From Rebecca billardiae RCC1528 (taxonomy: Eukaryota > Protista > Haptophyta), in contig OZ251253.1 in NCBI GenBank assembly GCA_965240325.2, positions 864,233-928,232 of the forward strand: a stretch of DNA of 64,000 bases. Direction: 5' to 3'. The translations under genes were made by a program, and so were the position numbers. A model generated the notes under the pieces. The model ran no database searches, was not told the origin of the DNA, and saw nothing but the letters and a program-made list of their open reading frames with translations. Numbering within the stretch: position 1 is the first letter of the stretch; every line of letters starts with the position of its first letter. Below are positions 36,151 through 45,804 of the stretch, piece after piece.

Positions 36151-38400
36151 GTAGTGGGCGGCGACTGCCGGTCAGTGCCGCTGCGCGGTGAGTAGCAGTG
36201 ACCTAGGCCCTGCTCCGAGTCATGAGTCAAGCCACTCAGCTGAGTCCCAGGACCTTACAATTACATTGTACATAGTACTGACGTACTCTGGCACTCGAAA
36301 AGCCGCACACAGTAAAGAAATCGATTTTCGGCGTTACCGTAACCCGTCCGCACTTCCGCCCAGTGGGGATGCGCTGGAATTTTTTTCATGCCCCGTTCGC
36401 GGCACTTCGCGCCGCGCACAGTGGAGAAAGATCGGGCCGGAAGCCGTTTGAGCATGGTCGGTCGTGCGCACGCCCATTCGAATCGATGGCGCGCTCCGAG
36501 CGGCGGGCGTGCGCGCATGACTGCCGCGAGGGGGGCTGCGAGGCGTCGGCCGGCTTGCCAAGGCGGTTCCCCGGGGCGGCATCACCCTCGCCCGCCCCTC
36601 CTCGCCCACCCTCGCCCCACGGGCGGCCACACGTGACCTGTTAAGATGAGTTCACGGGAGCCGCACGGCACGCGCGCGGAGAGGCGAGGAAGTGGTGTTT
36701 CGCGGAAAAAACGCTCTATAGCATTGTGCTCAACCCATGTGGGCACCCGCTCCACAAGTTTGCGCGCCTTCAAACCGCACACAGCGGCCTGAGGAGCTCC
36801 CAGACTGAGTTTCGCTCTTGAAGCCTGGTTTTGGGCCATGTGGATGTAGCGCGGCGAGGATGCGCCGGGCGCGCGCCCGAGCTGCGTGCTGGCACTCGCC
36901 ATGACCCATAGGCATCGTCCGTCGCGAACGACCCGGCTCGCCTCGACCTCTCCGACCCGCCGGGCAGCCACGACCGAGCACGGCACGACAATGGCCAAAC
37001 CGGGAGGCTTCTCAGACCGCGTGGGATGGGCATAGGCGCGAGAGAGGGCGCCCAGCGCGCTCTTGAGATGCACAGGAGCACGCACTGATGCGTATGGAAC
37101 CATCCCATCACGATCGCCCCGACCTGGCGCGCCCTATCTGGCCAGTCAGGCTGCCCGCGCCGCCGCCGCCGCGCCATGCCGCCGCCGCGGGCGCCGCCGC
37201 ACCGTGGGCACATGGGTAAGTCCGTATTCAACAAATACAGAATTTCCGGTGCGGCCCTCTTTTGGGCGGCAAGGTCGGTCTGGTCGACACCTGCCGCGCG
37301 GCATGGGCCACGGCGCGGCGAGGTGGCGGCTGGCGCACCACGGCGTGGGCGGGATGGCTCGAGGACACCACCGCCCCGCCTCCCACGCCGCGCCGTGCGC
37401 GTGCGCCGTGCTCTCGTCGCGTACCGATTTTCCTGCGGCGAGCGACGTCCAACAGCGCGACCATGCCATCGGCATCGCGCGACGAGGTGCGTTCAGCTCG
37501 GCGATTTGTCGTATTCGTTGAATACATGCGGGTACGAATCGGCCGCAAGATGGCCTCGACGTACACGTCGAGAGCCACGCGCGCGGTGTGGAGTGGCACG
37601 CGACGCGGAGAGGGCGGGTGCGGTGCCGCGGGCGCGCGACTGGTCTAGAACATCCCAATGAAGCGCGGGACGGCGCTGCGCGCCTGTGCTCGCCGCCGTC
37701 TCCTTGCAGTCGAAAATATCTGTGCACCCTTCTGTCTGGCTAGTCGACCGGCCGGCACGCGGCACGCGAGCAGTGCGTGTGGGGAGGAGTGTGACATGGC
37801 AGGCTGTGGCGAGGTGGATGGCCGTGCAGGTCTACGCTAGGAAGGGCCGCTCCCGCGCTCGCGCGGTGCCTCGTGCACGCATCGTCGAGGACGAGCGTGT
37901 TTGAATGGCTCCGGAGAAGGCTTACGATCGCTCGTTGATGGGCAGCGCGCGACACGTGCACACGACGAAGGTGACGACCAGGCACTCCGGCGAGGGCGGC
38001 TGTGCTGGCAGCAGACTGCATTCGGAGTAAGATGCGCCATCTTACGCGCCGCTTCGCCTCGCTGCATCGCCGCACTGAGCAGCAGGGCTCCACGCTCACG
38101 AATGGCTCACCACGAGCTACGTGACCGGCCAGCCGCGTGCAACCCGGCGAGGCAGAGAGGGGCGGAGGGATGGGGAGGCTGGGTGGGATGTTGCAGTCCC
38201 ATGCCCGGGGCACTCGTCAGGCGCCTGCGCGGCCACCGTAGCGTCTTCTGTGCGCTCGTGCGGCCCGCGCGAGAATTTCCCCGAAAATCGGCTCGTGTCG
38301 GACGGGTTACGGTAACGATAATCCCGTTTTTGTTCACTGTGAATATATTCGCCTGAAATGAGCTGGGGTCACGCTGACAAGTTTTGCGAAAAAATGTCAC

Positions 38401-38404
<4 letters not shown>

Positions 38405-38458
<54 letters not shown>
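38405..38458. repeat. (TA)n microsatellite
   Basis: Pure AT alternation. Confidence 0.95.
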
Positions 38459-38459
<1 letters not shown>

Positions 38460-38949
38460 GACTGGAGATATACGACCTGTCGACCTCAATCTCGACGCGA
38501 TCTCGGCAACATTAGTAGGGGAGATACACGACCTCCAAGGTGATCTCGCTATTTGCAGCGCACCAGAATCGCACCGTCTAGATCACATTTTCGGGCAGTC
38601 TGAAATTGGCTAACAGGCGGCGGCCGGATTCCGTAGACCAATTCTATGATTTAAAGACACAGGCACGAGGGCGCAGCTCTCCTGATTCGTCTGTCGAAGT
38701 ACTGAATGGAGTTAATGGAGGATGTCGGAGCGCGTTGGCCGCGGGTGAGGGAGTCGTCGTAACCGATGCTGATCACACGGTCACTGAGGTAGTAGGCGCC
38801 CGGGGATGCCGCTGTTTTGCAGTCGTCGTCGGCCTTGGTCATCATGTAGTTGCCCGTGTCGTCGTCGTCCGAGGCTGTTCAAGTTGATGCCGTAGTGCAG
38901 GTAGTGGATGTGGTCGCCCGGGCCGGTGTGCGCGGCCTAGTGGCCTTGC

Positions 38950-39080
38950 CGAGTTGAGGGAGTAGTCGCCCTTGCCGTTGAGGAAGTCGTCGTCCTTGCC
39001 GTTGAGGAAGTCGTCGCCCTGGCCGCAGAGGAAGTCGTCGCCCTTGCCGTTGAGGAAGTCGTCGTCCTGGCCGCTGAGGG
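38950..39080. repeat. 24-bp minisatellite, ~5 copies
   Basis: GAGGAAGTCGTCGCCCTTGCCGTT and variants in tandem. Confidence 0.85.
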
Positions 39081-39622
39081 TGCCTGCGCTGCCCAACCGG
39101 GCGCGTCTGGCGCGCCAGCGCCGCGCGCGGCTCTACGCCAGCGACTGCGGCGCGGCGGCAGCCAGGTCACGGGGGGGGTCGCCGAGGGACGCGGTGCGAG
39201 CCTGCTTGGCCGGCTTGGCGTCGCTCCCGCCAGCGGAGGAGGGCCCATCCTCCTCCGCCGGCGTGGACGGCTCGGTCGCCGCGCGCTTGCCGGCTGCCGC
39301 GGCGCCGGGGGGCAGGACCAGGCGGTAGTTGGACTCCCCGAGCGCCGGCCTGGCCTGTTGCACCTCGGGCGACCGTACACCCTGGAATTATAAGCCTAAT
39401 ATATAAACGAACTTAATAAATAACGGACTCCGCCGAAACAGTTATTATACAAACCGAGGAGTAGATATTACACATTTCGAGATTTCGGGCGGAGATTGTG
39501 TCACTCGGGAATGTAACGGTCGGAGCTCTGACCCCACTACGGCGGGCGGCGGCGCCGTCCGCGCTCGATGAGTGATAATGCCCCGCCATTGCGCCGCGCG
39601 CCTGACCGGTCAGCCGCCGATC

Positions 39623-41944
39623 TCATAGCCAAGGATGAACATGTCGAGGACCTGTTCCATCGTGCTCGGCTCGGATGCGGGCGGGTCGCCGCCGCCCTCG
39701 CCGTGCGCGCGGCGTGCGTCCGACGGGGGCGTCGCGTGCGAGCCGCGCGCGCCGCCAGCGCCGTCTCCGACGGGCGGCTCGGCGCGGCCACGCGCGGCGG
39801 CGGCCGCGCGAGGCGCGTCGCCGCGCTGCCCGCCGGCCGGCGTGTCGATCGGCGGCGCGGCCGGCCGCCTGCCCGCGCTCGCGGGCCTCCGTGGCCGCCC
39901 GCTGGGCGTGCCAGACAAGGCGCAAGCCGGCCCCGACGCTCTTCTCCACCACCATCCTGTCGGCCTCCCGGAGCGCGTTGTGCGTCGCCTGGAGCGTGGC
40001 GAGCTGGCCGCGCGCGGCGGCGAGCTGCCCCTCGGACTCCTTCGCGCGCAGCGCGAGCGAGGTGCTGTCGGAGCGGTGCTTCTGGCTCTGCTCGCACTCC
40101 GCCGCGTACTTCTGCTCGAGCTCCTTCTTCGTCGCCTCGGCGGCGCGCAGCTTGGCCTCGAGCGCGCGCACCGCCTTCTCGTGCGCGCCCTGCAGCCGCT
40201 CGCGCGCCTCGCTCGCCGCCGTGCTCGCCTTGCGCTGCCCGTCCTCGGCGGCTTCGCGCCGTCGCTCGGCCTCCTTGGCGAGCTCGTCCTTCTCCTTCGC
40301 CTGGTCCAGGCTCGCCTTCCCGTCCTCCTTCGCCTTCTCCAGCTCGGACTGCACGTCATCGCGCTTCTTCTGCATCGCCGTCAGCTTCTTGGCCGTCTCC
40401 GCGCCTGCGCGCTCCGAGTCTGACGCGCGCTGCACGGCCTCGAGCTTGGCCTTGGCGGTGTGCTCGAGGTCGGTCTTGAGGCGCTTGATCTCGGCCTGCG
40501 CGCCCGTGAGCTCGTCAGCGCGCTCGTCCAGCTTGCGCTTGTGCGCCTGGATCTCCTCGAGCTGCTCCTTGCGCGCGCGCTCCGCCGCATCGAGCTTGGC
40601 GCGCATGGCCGCCAGCTGCTCGCGCGCATCTGCCGCCTCGGCTTTCGCAGTCTTGAGCACGGCATGGGCGCTCTCGAGGTCCTGCCACGCGCGGTCGAGC
40701 TGGGCCTCGAGCGCGCCGCGCGCGCGCTCCGCCTTGCGCAGCTCCGTGTCGCGCTCCTTGCCGTACGCCCGGCTCGACCCGAGCTCGTGCTGCGCGGCCG
40801 CGGCCTCCGCCTTGGCGCTGACGACGGCCTGCTGCCCCGCCTCCTGCGCCGCGCGCTGCCGCTCGGCGAGCTCGGCGCGCTCCTTGTCCGCGCCGGCGAG
40901 ACGGTCAAACGCGGCGCGCAGCTCGCGGTGCTTGGCCTGCTCGCTCTCGAACTGCGTCGTCAGCTGCTCGAGCTTCGAGCGCGCCTCGTCGCCCTTCGAG
41001 GCCGCGTCATCGAGCTTCTCAGTGAGCAGCGCGCGCTCGCGCGCATGCGCGTCGAGCAGCTGCTGCGCATGCGCCTTGGCGTCCTGCAGCCGCGCGTCGG
41101 CCTGGGCGCACTGCGTGGCGTGCGCGGCGCTCGCGTCGTCGGCGGATGCGCGCAGCGCGTCGACCTCGTCCTTCCGCTGCTGCAGCTGCGCGACCGACGC
41201 CTTGAGCTCGACGTCGAGCCGCTCGGCCGTCGCGCGCGCGGCTGCGAGCTCGTCCGCAACCGTCTTCATCGCCGCCTCGGCCTCCTCGATCCGCTTGGCC
41301 TGCTCGGCGCACTTGGCGTGCGCGTCGCGTGCCTCGGCGCGCGCGGAGTCGAGATCGCACGCCTGCGCCGCCGCCTTCTCGTCGAGCTTCTCGATCTCAG
41401 CCGCGCGGTCGCGCAGCTGCTCGTCGCGCGCGAGCCGCTCCGCGTCCGCGTCCGCCTTGTGCTTCTCGAGCGCATCCGCGCGCGCGCTCGCGTCGGCCGT
41501 CGCCGCGGCGAGCTCGCGCTTGGCCTCGGCCAGCGACGCCTCGCGCTTGCGCGCCTCCTCGGTCAGCTCGTCGATCTTCTCCTTTACCTTCGCGTTCAGC
41601 CGGTCCCACGCCCCGAGGTGCGCGGTGATGTGCCACCGGGCCTTCTCCGCGTTCTCCGTGCGCTCCTGCAGCGCGCCGGCCTGCTTCTCGAGGGCCTCGA
41701 CGCGCCGCCAGTCGATGGCGAGGGACGCGGACTGGGTGTCCTTGTTGAACTTGAGCTGCTTTTGGAGCAGCGCGCACTGATCCTCGAGCCGCCCGACGTG
41801 CGCCTCGGCCGACGCGAGGCGCTCCTTCGTGCGGCACGCCTCGTTGTGCGCCTCCGCGTGCAGGCGCTCAGCCTCGCACAGGCGGTACCACGCCTTCTTC
41901 GCGTCTGTGCTCGCCGGGTGGAGCTCAAAGAGGTCCGGAGTCAT
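39623..41944 (-). CDS. Long coiled-coil protein of unknown function (C-terminal end uncertain)
   Basis: ATG at 41944; about 680 aa of E/K/A/Q/R/L heptad-like sequence with GC3-biased codons. The last ~90 aa look out of frame. Confidence 0.75.
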   Translation of the reverse strand: MTPDLFELHPASTDAKKAWYRLCEAERLHAEAHNEACRTKERLASAEAHVGRLEDQCALLQKQLKFNKDTQSASLAIDWRRVEALEKQAGALQERTENAEKARWHITAHLGAWDRLNAKVKEKIDELTEEARKREASLAEAKRELAAATADASARADALEKHKADADAERLARDEQLRDRAAEIEKLDEKAAAQACDLDSARAEARDAHAKCAEQAKRIEEAEAAMKTVADELAAARATAERLDVELKASVAQLQQRKDEVDALRASADDASAAHATQCAQADARLQDAKAHAQQLLDAHARERALLTEKLDDAASKGDEARSKLEQLTTQFESEQAKHRELRAAFDRLAGADKERAELAERQRAAQEAGQQAVVSAKAEAAAAQHELGSSRAYGKERDTELRKAERARGALEAQLDRAWQDLESAHAVLKTAKAEAADAREQLAAMRAKLDAAERARKEQLEEIQAHKRKLDERADELTGAQAEIKRLKTDLEHTAKAKLEAVQRASDSERAGAETAKKLTAMQKKRDDVQSELEKAKEDGKASLDQAKEKDELAKEAERRREAAEDGQRKASTAASEARERLQGAHEKAVRALEAKLRAAEATKKELEQKYAAECEQSQKHRSDSTSLALRAKESEGQLAAARGQLATLQATHNALREADRMVVEKSVGAGLRLVWHAQRAATEARERGQAAGRAADRHAGRRAARRRASRGRRRAWPRRAARRRRRWRRARLARDAPVGRTPRARRGRRRPARIRAEHDGTGPRHVHPWL

Positions 41945-44565
41945 CGCCGCGCCCGCGCTGCCCGCCCGCCGCTCGCGCTCTGCGCTTCGGCGAGTCCGGG
42001 CCTCCCGGTTGTCAGCGCCAGTCCGGTAGCGGAAAACCCGGAGATCTCCGCGAGATTGTACTCGCCCTTACTTCAAGGATGCTCCCGCGACGGGCGGGCA
42101 AAATCTCGGCACAGCGGTTTCGTCAGGCTGTGCCGTGCGCGCAGGCCGCGGCCGACGGCGGCGGCGGCGGCGCGGCTGGCTGGGCGCGCTGGCCGCACGT
42201 CCGACGCCGCGGCGGCGCGGCGCTCGGCGCCGCCGAGCCCGCGAGCCGGACTCGCGGCGCGCCGCCGCGGCCTCTCGGCGCCGCCCGCGGCGGGCGCCCG
42301 CCGTGTGACTCACGGCGCGCCCTCTCCCTCTCTCCCACTGCCTCGCGCGCCGGTCGCGCCCTCGGCTGGGGCGAACCGCCCGCCGCCGCGCCGCCGCGCC
42401 GCCGCGCCGCCGCCCCGCGGCGGCGGCGCCCCGGCGGCCGGCCGGTCGGTCGAGCCCGCTGGCGCCCGGCGTAGTGAGGCACGCCGCCGGCCGCAGCGCC
42501 CGCCGCACCGGGCCTCCGCGCGCGGCTGCGCCGCCGGCCCCAACGCGCCCGCACCGGCGGCGTCGCCCTCGCGCGCGCCCGCGCGCCGCTCCCGCGCGCG
42601 CGGCCGGCTGGCTGTCGGGCGCCCGTTGGTTTGGCGCGCGCTTACGGAGCGGCACCCGGCCCGGCCGCGGCCGCGGGCTCGGCCGGCGCCGAGGATGGCG
42701 AGGCCGGCGGGCCGCTTGGGCGCGTTGCCGCCGCCGCCGCTGCCCGCCCGCCCGCCTCGCGCGCGCGGCTGCGCGGTCGGCCAGGGCATCGCGGGAGGGC
42801 GGCGGGCCAAGGTGCGGGCGAGGCCAGCGGAAGGCCGCCCGCCATCGCCCGCGGCGGCCCGCATTTGTTTTTCCGTCGAGCCATTATTGCGATATATACC
42901 AGATCTTGGCGACGTCGCGATGGTGCCCGCCGACGCGGCCCCCGCCCCGCTCGCTGGCCCCGGGTGCGAAGCACACGGGGCTGGTGGGGCGGGGGCCGCA
43001 TGCCTGTGGTGCTCCCCCATGCTCATCTTCGGCAATCTCCTGCGCGCTCGTCGGCCTCGCGGCACTCCTGCTTGGCTGCGACATGACTACGACTAGTTCT
43101 ACGACCTCTACGACCACTTCTTCCTCCCTTCGTGCGCACGCGCTGGCCCTCGCAGAGCCAGTCGGACGCGGCGTGGGTGGCGGCACGAGCGCGGCCAGCG
43201 CGCTCGGCCTGCCTGCCTGCGAGCCTCCATGGATGCGTGCGCGTGGGGCCGGGTTCTGCCACCGTTCATTGCCAACAGCAACTGGGCACGGACCTGCGAC
43301 GAGGCATGCCGCCTTTCCCCACGCGCCCTTCAGGTTGTCCCGGCTCAGCCGGTCGCTTCGGCGGCCGACGGGCCCTCGGCCGGCTCCCCCTTCCCGGGGA
43401 CTCGGTGGGGCACCGCCAGGAGTGTCTTGCGGCGGGCGGGCCGAGCGCGCGGGTCGCCAGCTGACCCCGCGACTGCTCTGCGCTGGCACGTGCACGCGGA
43501 GATCAACCACACGCAGCGGGTCCGGGATAGGCACTGGCACCCTCTTTCTCCAGCCGGCCGCCGGCTGCATCGCCTCGGGGGGCGATGCAGCAGGTGGACG
43601 CCGCTGCACCCATCTGGCCCTTGGCGCTGGCCTCCTCTGTGCCCCACGCTCCACCCTAGGTGGGGCAGGGGGTGCGGGGTGTGACGCGCCCGGAGGCCAG
43701 GTTCCCCAGCATCAAGCACTGCATCTGCAGCAGCCCGCCGGCGGGCCGGGCTGCGACATCGACTACCACCTCATCTGCTTCATCGCCCAGAGCGCGCTAG
43801 GCGGCGCGCTCACTCTCCGAGCCCCTCTTCTGCAGCTGCGCGCCGCTTGGCCGGCGCGCGGCGACGCGTACTACGACCTCATCCTCATCCAGGCGCCCAC
43901 ACGGGCGCACGGGGGCGACAGCCGCGGCTGCCGCTTGCCGGAGCTGCTCGCCGCTAGGTCGGCGGGCGGCGACATCGACTACGACCTCACCCTCATCCAA
44001 GTGCTCCGGAAGGCGCTCGGCCGCGGCGGCATCTGCCGTCGCCGCCGCGTGCCCCAGGCCGAGGCGGTGCTCCATCCCGGCCCCGCTCCCGTAGGGGGGC
44101 AGGGCTGCGGGTGGCGCACTGTCTGACCTGGACGGAAGGCGCGGACGCATTCTATGTGTCTGTTGCACTCTGAGCCTGACGCTTGTCGGATGCTGCCACG
44201 TCGTTAATATATATATATGCTATATTTCTGCTGATATGTTTCTTTCGATCGCCAATTCTTCGTCGTGAGCGCTGAGCCGCCTGACCATATCAAATCATAT
44301 ATCATAGAATTAGTAGGCTTGAATTTAATAATAAGCCTATACTACTAGTCGCTGTGACTATAGCAGTCACTGTGACGATGGCCCGATGACCTACACCTAT
44401 ATATGTAATACTAATACGCACGACGACGACTACCGTCACGCGCGCATCACGGCGCGCGCGCGCCCACCGCGCCTCGGCCAGTGTGCCGCGCCCGCGCGCG
44501 CGGCCGGCATCGGGCCGGTCGGCGCGCGAGCGCGAGGCGGGTGGAGCGCGCGACCGCGGCCGCGC

Positions 44566-45798
44566 TCACTGAGCCTGATGCGCTACGTCGAAGTCGAACT
44601 CGTCCGGGTCGTAGTCGGCCAGTTCCTCGTCCAGCACCAGGGACACGTAGTCCCCGGCGTCCGGCCACCACCACTTCTTCAGCCACGCCACGGCCTGCAA
44701 CAGATACCGATCCTTCGCCTCGCGCTGCGCCGCTGCTCTGGACAGCCCGCCAGCGCTGCTCACCTTGAAGAACGCGGCGCCGAGCGTGCGGAGCGCACAC
44801 CTCAGGCGCCGCGCGTCGTCCGTGCTGATCACGGCGAAGCACTCGTCACCGAGGGTGTGCTCGTCCGCGTCGGCGGGCAGCGGCACGTGCGCGAGTTCGC
44901 CCATCCGCACGGTGCCGTTCCAATCCACGCCGTCGAGGGCCCCCGCGTCGGGCGCGCCCTGCCCGCCGCCGACGATGCCGCCCGGCAGGTGCACCGCGCG
45001 GCCGCTCTCGACGCCCTCGCCCCGCGCGTACCCCCACTTGGCGCGCGCGTTCGCCAACCGCGCCTCGAGGCCGACCCAGCCGTCGAACTCGCACGTGAGG
45101 TAGACGTTGGCGAGGATGTGGTGCATCTGCGGCGCGTGCGCGGCCTGCTCGTTGTCGATGGCCGCGCCCTGCGGCGGCGCGAGGGCCGCGCGGTACCGCT
45201 GCGGCACAGGCGCGCCGTCGAGCTGCGTCGCGCCAATCTCCATCAGCGGGGAGCCGGCCCACTTCGGGAGGCCTTGCATCGCGCGGTTGCGCAGGAAGAC
45301 GCCCAAGCAGTCGGCCAGCACGAGGAGGTACCACGGGTGCGAGCCGAGGTGCGTCTCCGTGGCCTCGCCCAAGGCCGGCACTGGCGGCTTCACTTTGATC
45401 CCCACGCCGAGCTGCGAGAGGTTGCCAAAGAGGCCTGACAGGTGCTGCGCGCCCTTGCCCGCCATCTCTGCCTGCGCGCGGCGGCGGCAGGGGCGCGCCG
45501 TGAGCGCGGCGCGGCGCGGCCCGCCCCGTTCCGCCCGCGCGCCGCGCGCCGCGCGCACCTCGTGCTGGAAGGTCGACCCCGCGAGCCTGTTGTGGCGGAT
45601 CACGGAGAGCGGCCACAGGACGCGCCGCGCCGCGTGTGCGTGCGCCGCCACTGACTGGGCCGGATCCGGCAGCTGCGAGCTCGCCCCGTAGCTCTTCGGC
45701 ACCGCAAAGCGCGTGGCCAGGTCCGTGGCCGTGAAGCCCCACGTGGCCATCACGGCGTGCTCGGCCCGCACCACCTTGCACCCGCCCTCCCCGAGCAT
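44566..45798 (-). CDS. Hypothetical protein, probably 5'-truncated by the satellite array; in-frame intron 45472-45558
   Basis: Protein-like composition and GC3 bias; GT...GCTCAC...CAG intron; the frame stays open into the satellite. Confidence 0.65.
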   Translation of the reverse strand: MLGEGGCKVVRAEHAVMATWGFTATDLATRFAVPKSYGASSQLPDPAQSVAAHAHAARRVLWPLSVIRHNRLAGSTFQHEVRAARGARAERGGPRRAALTARPCRRRAQAEMAGKGAQHLSGLFGNLSQLGVGIKVKPPVPALGEATETHLGSHPWYLLVLADCLGVFLRNRAMQGLPKWAGSPLMEIGATQLDGAPVPQRYRAALAPPQGAAIDNEQAAHAPQMHHILANVYLTCEFDGWVGLEARLANARAKWGYARGEGVESGRAVHLPGGIVGGGQGAPDAGALDGVDWNGTVRMGELAHVPLPADADEHTLGDECFAVISTDDARRLRCALRTLGAAFFKVSSAGGLSRAAAQREAKDRYLLQAVAWLKKWWWPDAGDYVSLVLDEELADYDPDEFDFDVAHQAQ

Positions 45799-45804
45799 CA
45801 CCGC

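Noticed and set aside
28288-38356. Numerous 100-490 aa ORFs in the repeat patchwork
   Set aside because: No domain motifs, no consistent codon bias, and frames are not conserved between repeat copies.
36640-38511. Solo LTR (TGTTA...CAACA)
   Set aside because: No target-site duplication, PBS, PPT or second copy.
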